Shown here in pieces: positions 1 to 9,532 of a stretch of DNA of 64,000 nt. A program made the translations under genes and the position numbers. The stretch is from Vicinamibacteria bacterium. GTDB taxonomy: Bacteria > Acidobacteriota > Vicinamibacteria > Fen-336. The number at the start of each line of letters is the position of its first letter. The first letter of the stretch is position 1. Under the pieces are notes generated by a model. That model was not told the DNA's origin, made no database searches, and was given only the letters and a program-made list of their open reading frames with translations. The stretch spans positions 37,309-101,308 of the forward strand of contig JAFGSN010000121.1 of the NCBI GenBank assembly GCA_016934575.1, given 5' to 3'.

Positions 1-2017
1 GCAGGACGAGTGAATCGTCGTTCCGAGCCGTATCAACCGTTGTTCGCCGGCAAGGCGGCCACACGACTTCGATCCGAATCCCATCTCGGATCTCTTCCAT
101 GCCCCGACAGACGCCCCTCCGGCCGACACGCCTCTGTTCGAGATCACGAGCGATCGTGGAGTAGTTCGGATCATCTCGAGGCGCGGGGCCCTCCCAGGCT
201 TCTTCGATTGGAAAAACCCGCGACAGGTACGACGCTCCGCCCACATGATCAAAGTGGGCATGCGAGAGAAAGAGCCGATCCGCTCGTCGAGCGCCGATCC
301 TCCAGAGAAACGGCGCAACGACGGCCTCGCCCATGTCACGCGTATATTCGGAGGCGCCAGTGCCGGCGTCGACGATCCAGATGCGTCCCCGCGGAGTCCT
401 GATAACAAGGCTGTCCCCATGACCGACATCGAGAACGGTCAAATGAAGCCGCCCGTCTCCGCGCGCCGTCGCCGGACCAAGGCTCAACCATGCCGTCGCC
501 AGACCAAGGAGCCCCAGGGCGCGACCGCCGTATCGCGTGACCGCCAGCCCGATGATACCCGCCGCATAGATCATCCATACGACGAGGCCGGGCGAGGGAA
601 CCCGGATATCCCAGATCGACCCGACTCCGCCAATGCTCCCGGTGTGCAAAAGAAGCCAGGCCGCCGCCTTCGCCAACCATCCGGCGAGCGGCGCCAACGC
701 CGGCATGAGCGCCGCCACGGCCAGCACGGCGACTCCAGCGAGCAGCACGGCGGAGGCCAATGGAACGGCGATGAGATTGAGCGCCACGGCCGCGGGCGCA
801 AGACGATGGAAATGAACCACAAGCAAAGGCGTCACTCCGATCTGCGCGGCGAGCGATGTCGCGAGCGGCAGCCGCAACCAACGCGGCAATCGACCGAGAA
901 TGCGCGCGATCGGGGGCGTCAATCGAATCAAAGCTAATGTGGCGGCGAAAGAGAGCTGAAATCCGACGTCGCCCACGCTTCCAGGATGCGAAACGATGAC
1001 GAGAAGCGCAGCCAGACCGAGCAGATTCGCCGCATCGGCTTCAAGATCGACCGATAACCCGAGGATAAGGACGATCGCCATGACGGCGGCGCGCGTGACC
1101 GGAATGTCGCCGCCAACGAACGCCGCATACAAAGCGATCATGGGGCAGACGATGACGGCGGTGACGGCAGGCCCGGCACGTGCTCTCCTCAGTACCCAGA
1201 TCAGAAGTCCGGCCACGAGCGCCACCTGAGCGCCGGAGATGGCGAGGATATGATAGGTTCCGGCGATCCGGAACGACTCTTCGGTCTCGGGTTCCAATCC
1301 CGTTCGGTCGCCCAAGACCATGGCGCGAACCAGTGCGCCCTCCTGCCCGCCGCCCACGAATCGATGGAGCCGCTCACGACTCCATCGACGAAGACCGGCC
1401 AAGGCTCCGGCGACGCCGGCCACGCTTTGACGCTCATCCCGCTTGATCATCAGCGCGCTCTTGCAGTGTCCCAGCGCATGGAAACGCCGGCGCCGAGCAT
1501 ATGCGGCCGTGTCGAACGATCCGGGATTCTCGAATCCTCTCGGGGATCTGAGGCGGACCCAGAGCGACAGATGATCGCCGAAAACAACGTCGGGCAGCGG
1601 CGCGGCGCCGCCGACGTAGACTCTCGCGCGACCAGGGATATCGTGCCTCGCGGCGGCGGCGTGTACGGCGTTCACGTCAACGACAAGCATCCATCGCGCG
1701 CCGATCATCACGGCGTCCTCGGCCAGCGAGCCGCTGATCAGCACAGGATCCTCTGTTCCAGCCTGCGCCCGCGTCCAGTGATAGAGCGGCGTCGTTTCAT
1801 ACGATCGGCGCTCCGCCGCCGCCGCGGCCGCGCCCGCAGCGACGCTCGCGCCGACGAGCGCGGCGCACGCCAGCCTGCCGTGAGGACATATGTAGGCGAT
1901 AAGCGTAAGAACGACGGCGAACCCGACAAGCAAAAGCGCCTGCGCACGACTCGCCGATCCTCCCAACGCGGCGCCCGCCCCGAACGCCACGGCGGCCCAT
2001 AAAAAGGGACGGCTCAC
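1..2017 (-). CDS. comEC: ComEC/Rec2 family DNA-internalization (competence) membrane protein. The C-terminal metallo-beta-lactamase domain runs off the window start, so the gene is partial.
   Basis: My own minus-strand translation is continuous from a GTG at 2017 down to position 1. It contains ComEC core motifs (TYHILAISGAQVALVAG, GFQLSFAATLAL) and an MBL domain (LTVLDVGHGDSLVI, FLSHAHFDHVGG). The GTG lies 33 nt after the rlmD stop, in the same frame as that stop. The gene is absent from the ORF track because its stop lies outside the window. Confidence 0.72.
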   Translation of the reverse strand, partial: MSRPFLWAAVAFGAGAALGGSASRAQALLLVGFAVVLTLIAYICPHGRLACAALVGASVAAGAAAAAAERRSYETTPLYHWTRAQAGTEDPVLISGSLAEDAVMIGARWMLVVDVNAVHAAAARHDIPGRARVYVGGAAPLPDVVFGDHLSLWVRLRSPRGFENPGSFDTAAYARRRRFHALGHCKSALMIKRDERQSVAGVAGALAGLRRWSRERLHRFVGGGQEGALVRAMVLGDRTGLEPETEESFRIAGTYHILAISGAQVALVAGLLIWVLRRARAGPAVTAVIVCPMIALYAAFVGGDIPVTRAAVMAIVLILGLSVDLEADAANLLGLAALLVIVSHPGSVGDVGFQLSFAATLALIRLTPPIARILGRLPRWLRLPLATSLAAQIGVTPLLVVHFHRLAPAAVALNLIAVPLASAVLLAGVAVLAVAALMPALAPLAGWLAKAAAWLLLHTGSIGGVGSIWDIRVPSPGLVVWMIYAAGIIGLAVTRYGGRALGLLGLATAWLSLGPATARGDGRLHLTVLDVGHGDSLVIRTPRGRIWIVDAGTGASEYTRDMGEAVVAPFLWRIGARRADRLFLSHAHFDHVGGASYLSRVFPIEEAWEGPAPRDDPNYSTIARDLEQRRVGRRGVCRGMEEIRDGIRIEVVWPPCRRTTVDTARNDDSLVL

Positions 2018-2050
2018 CGTCGCTCCACCCGCATCGAGGAGATCTCCGGG

Positions 2051-3412
2051 TCAGCGCGTGAGGCACGCCACGGTTTCGAAGTGAAACGTTCCGGGAAACA
2101 GATCGAATGCATCGATGCTCCGAAGCGAATAACCGACTCGCTGGAGTCGCACGAGATCGCGCGCCAGGGCCGGCGGATCGCACGACACGTAGACGATCAA
2201 GGCGGGGCGCCGTTCTCCAAAACGCTCGACAAGCTCGCGCTGGAGACCGCCGCGCGGCGGATCGACGACGACAGTCTCTTCATCGTCGAGAGGCAGACGC
2301 GCGTACGTCTGGTTCGCCTCGCCCCTGACGAACTCGACGTTCGTCAACTCGGACGCCTGCGCATTCGCTCGGGCGTCGTTCACCGCGCGGGGATTGATCT
2401 CCACGCCGAGCACTCGCCTCGCGCGCGAGGCGAGTGCGACCGAGAAAAGCCCCGCGCCGCAGTAAAGATCCAAAACGACCGCGGCCGCGGGCACGCTTTT
2501 TTCAACGGCGCGAACGAGATCGTCCGTCAGGTAACGGTTCGCCTGGAAGAAAGAGCGTGCGTGCGTCCTAAAAAGCGAGCCGCGTACTCGTGAAAACACC
2601 TGCGGCGCAGCGCTCCATGTCCCGTGTGTCCGCCGATCGCCTTCCGACACGACGCCGAGTACATCCACCGAATGGAGTCGGTCCTTCAACTCCAGCAATC
2701 GACGTCGCGTCATGTCGATGCGACCGCCGACGACCGTGGCGATGCGCCTCTCGCCGTCGTACGACTCCACGATCTCGATACGCCGCGATTCGCGCGTTAA
2801 TTCCGCGCATGATGCCAGCGCCTGCCGCAGATCAGAAAGCGCGGCGTTCATCGTCTCGGAGAGTTGAAGGCAGGATTCCGGTTCGACGACACGACGGCCG
2901 GCGGCTTCCTTGAATCCCATTCGCAGAGTCGTTCCCTGTCGTTCGAGATGCACGCTGGCGCGGCTGCGCCATCCGACCTCAGGGGACGGCGTCATCAGGA
3001 CGTCAGCCCGCCAGTCGACGCCGGCTCTCGCGAAGACGTCGGCCAGAACCGCTGTTTTCAGACGCAGTTGCGCCGCGTAATCCAGATCGAGATGCGCGCA
3101 ACCGCCGCAATCCGAAAAAACAGGACAGGACGGCGAACGCCGCGCCTCTATCCTGACAAGCGGCTCGACGCCCACGCCGTACGCATAGTCCTTCGACACG
3201 CCGGTGATTTGAACACGCCAACGCTCGCCGGGATAAACGTTTCTCACGAAGATGACTTGACCGCCGTGTCGCAGCAGTCCCAATCCACGGTACACGGCTT
3301 TCTCGACGGAGCACTCGATGACGTCGCCGTTTCGAAGCCTAGGCACGGAATCCGCGATTTCGACGGATCGCGACCTCGTCGAAATCGATTCGGGGCCGAG
3401 CTCACTCGCCAT
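2051..3412 (-). CDS. rlmD: 23S rRNA (uracil-C5)-methyltransferase, RlmD/RumA family (TRAM + 4Cys Fe-S + SAM MTase)
   Basis: 453-aa ORF with an N-terminal TRAM-like region, a Cys cluster (CPVFSDCGGCAH), the RumA signature FFQAN, and the MTase motif DLYCGAGLFS. Confidence 0.82.
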   Translation of the reverse strand: MASELGPESISTRSRSVEIADSVPRLRNGDVIECSVEKAVYRGLGLLRHGGQVIFVRNVYPGERWRVQITGVSKDYAYGVGVEPLVRIEARRSPSCPVFSDCGGCAHLDLDYAAQLRLKTAVLADVFARAGVDWRADVLMTPSPEVGWRSRASVHLERQGTTLRMGFKEAAGRRVVEPESCLQLSETMNAALSDLRQALASCAELTRESRRIEIVESYDGERRIATVVGGRIDMTRRRLLELKDRLHSVDVLGVVSEGDRRTHGTWSAAPQVFSRVRGSLFRTHARSFFQANRYLTDDLVRAVEKSVPAAAVVLDLYCGAGLFSVALASRARRVLGVEINPRAVNDARANAQASELTNVEFVRGEANQTYARLPLDDEETVVVDPPRGGLQRELVERFGERRPALIVYVSCDPPALARDLVRLQRVGYSLRSIDAFDLFPGTFHFETVACLTR

Positions 3413-4100
3413 GAAATAGACTCAGTCTCGGCAACAGGTGCCGATCCAGCATCGTTCTCGCCAGGGACTCGTTCCGCACCTGCTCGATCACCTTTTCCGG
3501 CATGCGGTCACGATAGGGCGCGAGACGAAGCTCGACATCTTGCCGAACAAGCGCGCATTCCGCGGCCGTCATGTCGTCGCAAAGCGCCTTGACAAGCTCC
3601 GCTTCCTGTTTTTGGAGCCAGACATCGAGCTCAGCGGTCTCTCCCGGGCGCGCGACGCGCCGCTCGATAGTCGCGACGATCCGATCGCGCAGTCGCGCGG
3701 CGCGCGGGCCGAGTCCCTGCGCCGCGATGAGAGCCTGCGCGCGTAACGCGAGAAAGTCGGACACGCGCGCGCGTTCATGCGGTTCAAAGGAGAGAGCGCG
3801 ATGCCAATGACGCCGAGCCTGCTCGACTCCGGCGGCGCAATACCGCAGGCTCCTCACGCGATTGCCGCGGCTCCATGAGAGATCATGCGCATCCATGGCG
3901 TCGCGGACTCCCCGCAGCACGATTCGCAGCGGCACTCCGGCGCGACGCCATTTCCGTATCAGCAGCCATTCGGCGTTCGAAAGAAACAACGGATCGCCGC
4001 GGCGGCTCACGAAGTACTCCTGGATCGACTGATAGTAGTCGGCCTCGGGATCGATATCGGTCGCGAGCGTTTCCGCCCGATCGTGGCCCAAGAGACTCAT
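3402..4100 (-). CDS. conserved hypothetical protein (232 aa), embedded in the coaX-rlmD operon
   Basis: Full ORF with high third-position GC. Its ATG overlaps the coaX stop (ATGA) and its 3' end overlaps the rlmD start by 11 nt. I recognised no family. Confidence 0.45.
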   Translation of the reverse strand: MSLLGHDRAETLATDIDPEADYYQSIQEYFVSRRGDPLFLSNAEWLLIRKWRRAGVPLRIVLRGVRDAMDAHDLSWSRGNRVRSLRYCAAGVEQARRHWHRALSFEPHERARVSDFLALRAQALIAAQGLGPRAARLRDRIVATIERRVARPGETAELDVWLQKQEAELVKALCDDMTAAECALVRQDVELRLAPYRDRMPEKVIEQVRNESLARTMLDRHLLPRLSLFHGE

Positions 4101-4894
4101 CCTTGCTCGTCCGGCCGATTTCGCTCCCAGATGAGTCGCAGTCCCGTGAGCGTCAAAGTCGGATCCAGGACGTCGATGGCCTTGATCTCGGGCGCCAGAA
4201 TCTCGGACAATCCTCCCGTCGCCACGACTCGTACGGATTCGTTAAGCTCCGCGCGTATGCGCTTCAAGACGCCCGCCACCATCTCCGCGTAACCGTAATA
4301 CAATCCGGACCGGATCGCCCCCACCGTGTCATGACCGATCACCCGGCCAGGCCGACGGATCTCCACTCGCGGAAGTCGTTCCGCTCTTTGAAACAAGGCG
4401 TCGGCGCTGATAGAGATCCCCGGACAGATCACGCCGCCAACGTACTCGCCTTTGCGAGTGACGACGTCGAACGTCGTGGCCGTGCCGAAATCGACAATGA
4501 CAACCGGCCCGCCATGGACGGCGAAGGCCGCGACGGCGTTGACGATACGGTCGGCGCCAACGTCGCCTGGAGGCTCGTACAAGATCGATATGCCGGTCTT
4601 AACGCCGGGCTCAACGACGAGCGGCTCACGTAACAGATGACGACGACTGAGCTGTGCCATGGCCGGTGTCAGAGACGGCACGACGCTGGCAATGACGACG
4701 CCGGACAGCTCCTCGGGTCGATGGCCGGAGACGGCGAACAGATTTCGAAAGAGAATTCCGTATTCGTCGGCGGTCTGATCACGGCGGGTCGTCAGTCGCC
4801 AATGAGTCTCGAGTTCGCCCTTTTCGTGAAACCCCAGGACGGTATTCGTGTTGCCGATGTCCACGGTCAGAAGCAGGTTCGAGTCGTTCTTCAT
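4097..4894 (-). CDS. coaX: type III pantothenate kinase
   Basis: N-terminal LLTVDIGNTNT motif, an ASKHA-fold (actin-like ATPase) glycine motif (VVATGG), and ~265 aa length typical of CoaX. It overlaps birA by 4 nt. Confidence 0.85.
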   Translation of the reverse strand: MKNDSNLLLTVDIGNTNTVLGFHEKGELETHWRLTTRRDQTADEYGILFRNLFAVSGHRPEELSGVVIASVVPSLTPAMAQLSRRHLLREPLVVEPGVKTGISILYEPPGDVGADRIVNAVAAFAVHGGPVVIVDFGTATTFDVVTRKGEYVGGVICPGISISADALFQRAERLPRVEIRRPGRVIGHDTVGAIRSGLYYGYAEMVAGVLKRIRAELNESVRVVATGGLSEILAPEIKAIDVLDPTLTLTGLRLIWERNRPDEQG

Positions 4895-5736
4895 CGTCCG
4901 TCCTCGGCCGAGATTCGCAGTCGCCGCGCCTCGTCCGCGTACAACTTCCGCATTGAACCGTTTTGCAGACGAAGGATCAGCTCGCCCTGTTCGCCCAGAT
5001 CCTCCATCACGCCGACGACTCTCTTTTCTCCCGTATACGCCTCAACGAGGCGCCCCCACCAGTGAACGGAAAAGCGACGCCATTCCATGAGCATCTCTTC
5101 CGATTCGTTTCGCGCGAGAGCATCATAACATTCGGCCATCCGTGCCAGGACCGTGGCGGCCACGTCCAGGCGATCGTGCACGACACCAGCCTCATCACGA
5201 AGAGTCGTCGCCCGATCGATCGACGAAGACGAGTCGAAATCCGGCGCAAGTCTCACGTTCACTCCCGCGCCAAGGACGATACTGTCGAGTCCACGCGGGC
5301 TCATGACGCTCTCGGCCAGAAGACCGGCGATCTTGCGATCACCGACAAGCACGTCATTGGGCCATTTGAGCCGCGGCCGCAGGCCCAATTGCGTCAAAGC
5401 GCGGGCCACGGCGACGCCGCCGGTCAGTGGCACGAGAAACGGCCGCTCCGCGGCCCAATCGCCGCGAAGAAGCAAAGAAAGATAGACGTTTCCCGGCGGC
5501 GAGAACCAGACACGGCCCCGTCTTCCTGCGCCAGCCGTCTGCTCGTCCGCGATGACGACAGCGCGGTCAGGAGCGCCGGCGCGCGACCATTCCTTGAGCC
5601 GACGATTCGTCGAGTCGATGCGTCGATGGTGCTCGATAGGCGCGGGCCACCGCCTTTCGTTTCGATCGAGCAGCATGAGCAGCCGGCGAACCGTCGCGGA
5701 TTCTCCCGTCCCGCCTGAATAAGACGAGTCCGTCAT
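4891..5736 (-). CDS. birA: biotin--[acetyl-CoA-carboxylase] ligase (BirA, group I, no N-terminal HTH)
   Basis: BPL/LPL catalytic motifs (GAGRRGRVWFSPPGNVYLS, KWPNDV). The birA-coaX pairing is a common operon arrangement. Confidence 0.8.
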   Translation of the reverse strand: MTDSSYSGGTGESATVRRLLMLLDRNERRWPAPIEHHRRIDSTNRRLKEWSRAGAPDRAVVIADEQTAGAGRRGRVWFSPPGNVYLSLLLRGDWAAERPFLVPLTGGVAVARALTQLGLRPRLKWPNDVLVGDRKIAGLLAESVMSPRGLDSIVLGAGVNVRLAPDFDSSSSIDRATTLRDEAGVVHDRLDVAATVLARMAECYDALARNESEEMLMEWRRFSVHWWGRLVEAYTGEKRVVGVMEDLGEQGELILRLQNGSMRKLYADEARRLRISAEDGR

Positions 5737-5752
5737 CGGACCATGGGCCTTG

Positions 5753-6661
5753 TCAGATGGACGCGATTTCGAGCGACACGTCGACGGCCGGCGCCGAGTG
5801 CGTCAGCGCGCCGATTGCGATGAAATCCGGACCGGCTTCGGCGAACGACCGCACCGTCTCGAGCCTTATGCCGCCGGACACCTCGATCGGAACCCGCTGC
5901 GCCACCAGTCGCACCGCTTCGGCGACCAAAGCGGGGCTGAAGTTATCGAGCAGAATCATTTCCGCGCCCGCATCGAGCGCATGAACGACTTCGTCCATCC
6001 TCTCGACCTCCACCTCCACGATGAGGCCATGAGAACACGCCAGGGCGCGCCGCGTCGCCTCCTGCACCGATCCGGCCAGTCGGATGTGATTCTCCTTGAT
6101 GAGAATGCCGTCGTCGAGCCCTGAGCGGTGCGGCGCGCCTCCGCCCAACGCCACGGCATGCTTCTCCAGGGCGCGCAGAAGCGGCGTCGTCTTGCGCGTG
6201 TCGCGAATGACCGCTCCCGTTCCCGCCACGGCGTCAACGAAACGACGAGTGATCGTCGCGACTCCGCTCATCCGCTGGAGGAAATTCAGAGCCACTCTCT
6301 CAGCCGTGAGGATCGGCCGCGCGTTGCCCTGAACGCGAGCGACGACATCGCCCGCGCTCAATCGTTGTCCGTCGACGCAACAAGCCTCCCAGGCGACTTG
6401 AGGATCGAGCACCCGGAACACCGCATGCACGGTCTCAAGGCATGCCACGATCATGGGCTGATTGGCGATGATCTCGCCGCGCGCCTGAACATGCGGCGGC
6501 ACGGAAGCCTCGGTCGTCGTATCCTGACCGCCGACATCCTCATCGAGCGCGACGCGCACGAGGCGCTCGATCTGCTGCCGGTTCGGGCCTGGAAACGCGC
6601 CCGGGATGATGCCCAGTTCGCGCGGTTTGCTCATTTCTCTCATCCCGTCAGCCTCGAACAC
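5753..6661 (-). CDS. nadC: nicotinate-nucleotide pyrophosphorylase [carboxylating] (quinolinate phosphoribosyltransferase)
   Basis: QPRTase family features (LALGGGAPHRSGLDDGILIKENH, ILLDNFSP). The true start may be an internal Met in the first ~10 codons. Confidence 0.82.
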   Translation of the reverse strand: MFEADGMREMSKPRELGIIPGAFPGPNRQQIERLVRVALDEDVGGQDTTTEASVPPHVQARGEIIANQPMIVACLETVHAVFRVLDPQVAWEACCVDGQRLSAGDVVARVQGNARPILTAERVALNFLQRMSGVATITRRFVDAVAGTGAVIRDTRKTTPLLRALEKHAVALGGGAPHRSGLDDGILIKENHIRLAGSVQEATRRALACSHGLIVEVEVERMDEVVHALDAGAEMILLDNFSPALVAEAVRLVAQRVPIEVSGGIRLETVRSFAEAGPDFIAIGALTHSAPAVDVSLEIASI

Positions 6662-6748
6662 ACGAACATTGACGCATCCCGCGGGATCACGCCCGCAAGA
6701 GCATATCCGAGACGCGGCCGCGGGGGTAATCGGTTCGCGCTGGAGACG

Positions 6749-7543
6749 TCAGCGTAACTCGCTCGTTGCGCCGATAGCGATCGTCTTCGAGCGTTTCCCG
6801 GGGAAAAAACGCCGCCGAGCCTGTCCGAAGAGGTAGGTTGCCGGAGCGAATAGTGTATAGAGACTCCCGGCCATGATCAGCGTCCATTCCGGATGGAGCG
6901 CGAGCAATGGAAACAGAAGCGCGACGCCCAGGACCGTGACGTAACTGCGCCGGCTGCGCAAATCCACGCTCTTGAAAGAAGGGTAACGCAACGTGCTCAC
7001 CATGAGGAAAGACAACGCCGTCATGATGAATACGATCATGAGACGCGCGGAAAGCGAATCAAGCGGCCTTGGAGCGAAAAGCACGATCACGGCAAGCTGT
7101 CCCGCCGCGGCCGGAATCGGCAAACCCACGAAGTGCCGTCCGTCGACGGCATGCTTCTGAACGTTGAAACGCGCCAATCTCATCACGCCGCAGACGACGA
7201 ACAGAAAGGCGGCCACCCAGCCGACAGGTATCACTGGACGGCAGGCCCATGTGTAGAAGAGCACCGCCGGAGCGACGCCGAATGAAATGGCGTCCGCGAG
7301 ACTGTCAAGCTCGCCTCCAAAGTCGCTGGCCGTGCCTGTCATGCGCGCGATCCGTCCATCGAGAATGTCGAGCAGGATCGCCCACAGGATCAGCGGCGCG
7401 GCCCTTTCATGCTGCCCCTCGATGGACGCGACGATGGCGCGAAAGCCCAGGAACAGGTTGCCCATCGTGAAGAAAGTGGGAAGCAGCGACACGCCCCGCC
7501 GAAATCTCCCCACCCGACGAAGCCCGCGCGTTTCCTCCCTCAT
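6749..7543 (-). CDS. pssA: CDP-diacylglycerol--serine O-phosphatidyltransferase (CDP-alcohol phosphatidyltransferase family)
   Basis: CDP-OH transferase motif DGRIARMTGTASDFGGELDSLAD. The track ORF (to 7705) has an Arg-rich N-terminal extension. I place the start at ATG 7543 (MREETRG...), 20 nt downstream of the psd stop. Confidence 0.75.
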   Translation of the reverse strand: MREETRGLRRVGRFRRGVSLLPTFFTMGNLFLGFRAIVASIEGQHERAAPLILWAILLDILDGRIARMTGTASDFGGELDSLADAISFGVAPAVLFYTWACRPVIPVGWVAAFLFVVCGVMRLARFNVQKHAVDGRHFVGLPIPAAAGQLAVIVLFAPRPLDSLSARLMIVFIMTALSFLMVSTLRYPSFKSVDLRSRRSYVTVLGVALLFPLLALHPEWTLIMAGSLYTLFAPATYLFGQARRRFFPGKRSKTIAIGATSELR

Positions 7544-7563
7544 GACGCTTCTCCGAGGCGCTC

Positions 7564-8196
7564 CTACTCTTCGGGCGACAGCTCCGCCAGAATCGATTCG
7601 CCGCCGTGAACGCGGTCGCCCAAGCCGACGAGTATGCGGGCGCGCACGGGCAGAAACACGTCGACGCGGCTTCCAAAGCGAATCATTCCGACGCGCTCGC
7701 CGCAATCGACGTTTTCTCCCAAACGTTTACGAAACACGATTCGACGCGCTATGATGCCCGCGATCTGCGCGAAGGCCACTCGCGTGACGCCGTTCTCCAA
7801 CGTCACAATGTTGCGCTCGTTCCTCTCAGACGCCGCGTGATCGAACGCCGGAAGAAACGATCCTTTGCGATACTCCACGCTTTTCACGCATCCGGCGATC
7901 GGCGCGCGATTGATATGTACGTCCAAAATCGAAAGGAAGATGGAGATCCTCCTCGCCGTCTCTCCCAGCGGGTTCTCGAAGCCGTCCTCCTCGATCCGCA
8001 CGATGCGGCCGTCGGCGGGCGACAGGACGAGGTCCGCGCGTTCGGGTATGCGTCTTTCCGGATCCCTGTAGAAATATGCGCACGCTGCGGCAAAGACAAG
8101 CGCGCCGCCGCCGATGATGGGACTGTAGTAGACAATAGCCAGTCCCAGTACCGCCGGTGGAACGATGAACCACAATCCTTCACGCGCTATCCGCAA
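7564..8196 (-). CDS. psd: phosphatidylserine decarboxylase proenzyme (short, archaeal/PSD-II type)
   Basis: 210-aa ORF with PSD family features. A membrane anchor is followed by FLSILDVHINRAPIAGCV and a GS cleavage-site region (YRKGSFLPA). Gene order is psd-pssA. Confidence 0.78.
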   Translation of the reverse strand: MRIAREGLWFIVPPAVLGLAIVYYSPIIGGGALVFAAACAYFYRDPERRIPERADLVLSPADGRIVRIEEDGFENPLGETARRISIFLSILDVHINRAPIAGCVKSVEYRKGSFLPAFDHAASERNERNIVTLENGVTRVAFAQIAGIIARRIVFRKRLGENVDCGERVGMIRFGSRVDVFLPVRARILVGLGDRVHGGESILAELSPEE

Positions 8197-8250
8197 TGGA
8201 ATTCTCCTCCTCTAAACGCCGATCGTCGGCTCGCATGCGACAGGTCGCGC

Positions 8251-8472
8251 TCAATGTCCCTGTGCATGACGCGCGATCGCCTCCATCCGGTCCTTGACCA
8301 GCAGTTTCTTCTTCTTCAACGTCGTCTCCTCGATCTGTTCTTCGTCCGTGAGCACCGCTTTCTGCACAAGCGCGGTCAGTCGGGACTCGTACTCTCGATG
8401 TTGCTCGCTCAGGCGCTGATATTCTTCGTGCCTGAGGAGCTCATCTTTGCCGGGGGCCAGATTCTCGGACAT
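8251..8472 (-). CDS. DUF465/YdcH family small coiled-coil protein
   Basis: ~73-aa ORF with the characteristic HEEYQRLSEQHREYE...LTDEE...KKKKLLVKDRME pattern. The family assignment is from memory. Confidence 0.5.
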   Translation of the reverse strand: MSENLAPGKDELLRHEEYQRLSEQHREYESRLTALVQKAVLTDEEQIEETTLKKKKLLVKDRMEAIARHAQGH

Positions 8473-8632
8473 GCGCACCTCCCTCCCGCCGGAGCGGTTG
8501 AGCGTTGAGCAAGAGACAGCGTGATTCCACTTTCTGGAGTCGGAAGCGACTTAGGAATCGCCCCATTAATGAAACGCTAGCATGTGCGCCCGCCGAATTC
8601 AAGGACATCTCATGACGCCATCGCCCGCCGAA

Positions 8633-9532
8633 TCAAGCGCGCGGATGGAAACGATCGTAGATGCGACGCAATCGCTCGCGAGTGACGTGCGTGTATATCT
8701 GCGTGGTCGAGATGTCCGCGTGGCCGAGCATGGCCTGCAAGGCGCGCAAATCCGCGCCCCGCTCGAGCAAGTGGGTCGCGAACGAGTGCCGCAGAACGTG
8801 CGGCGTCAGAATGTGCGCGACACCCGCGGACAACGCATGCCGTCTCACGATGCCCCATAACCCCATGCGGGACAACCGTCCGCCACGGCGGTTGAGAAAA
8901 AGCGCCGTTGACGACTTGCCGCAGGCGATTTGCCCTCGCGATTCGGACATATACCGCCGAATCCAACTCCGCGCAACGCTGCCGATCGGCACGAGCCTTT
9001 CCTTGCGTCCCTTGCCCAGGCAGGTCAGCACTCCCAACTCGAGATCAAGGTTTTCCGGCCGCAAATCGATGAGCTCTGACACACGCAGTCCGGTGGCATA
9101 CAGCAATTCGAGGATCGCCCGGTCGCGTATGCCCAGCCTCGTTCCAACGTCTGGCGCCGCCAGCAGCGCATCGATCTGTTCGATCGTGAGAAATCGAGGC
9201 AACGGCCGGAACGTTCGCGGCGCGCGAAGATTCTCCATCGGATCGTCATCCAGTCGTCCTTCACGTATTGCGAAGCGATACAACCCTCGCACGGCGTGCA
9301 CGACGCGCGCCGCCGAGCGCGGCGCCAGTCCGGAGACGCTCAGGCCGGCGATGAACTCGGTCAGGTCCGCTTGCCTGAGCTGCAAGACGTCACGACGACG
9401 AGAATCGGCGAAAGCCGTCAGCCGATCGAGATCACGACCATAAGCGTCCAGCGTATTGACGGCCAGCGCGCGCTCGATACGAAGGTGATTCAGATAATCG
9501 TGCTCTATGTGCGACGCATCGCGCCGATTCAT
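8633..9532 (-). CDS. xerD: site-specific tyrosine recombinase, XerD-like (chromosome dimer resolution)
   Basis: Xer N-terminal core-binding region (HLRIERALAVNTLDAYGRDL) plus catalytic R..HxxR..Y residues (LRHSFATHLLERGADLRALQAMLGHADISTTQIYTH). The ATG overlaps the murJ stop (ATGA). XerC and XerD cannot be distinguished from sequence alone. Confidence 0.7.
   Translation of the reverse strand: MNRRDASHIEHDYLNHLRIERALAVNTLDAYGRDLDRLTAFADSRRRDVLQLRQADLTEFIAGLSVSGLAPRSAARVVHAVRGLYRFAIREGRLDDDPMENLRAPRTFRPLPRFLTIEQIDALLAAPDVGTRLGIRDRAILELLYATGLRVSELIDLRPENLDLELGVLTCLGKGRKERLVPIGSVARSWIRRYMSESRGQIACGKSSTALFLNRRGGRLSRMGLWGIVRRHALSAGVAHILTPHVLRHSFATHLLERGADLRALQAMLGHADISTTQIYTHVTRERLRRIYDRFHPRA

Noticed and set aside
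245-2002. Long plus-strand ORFs (245..937, 1250..2002) and the minus-strand 336..881, rich in Arg/Gly/Pro
   Set aside because: They are antisense or out of frame to the ComEC reading frame, which carries clear family motifs. This is a typical high-GC shadow-ORF artefact.
2073-2088. parS-like half-sites GTTTCgaaGTGAAAC
   Set aside because: The spacer is wrong and the sequence is not palindromic. It lies inside the rlmD coding sequence. I found no canonical parS (TGTTTCACGTGAAACA) near parAB.
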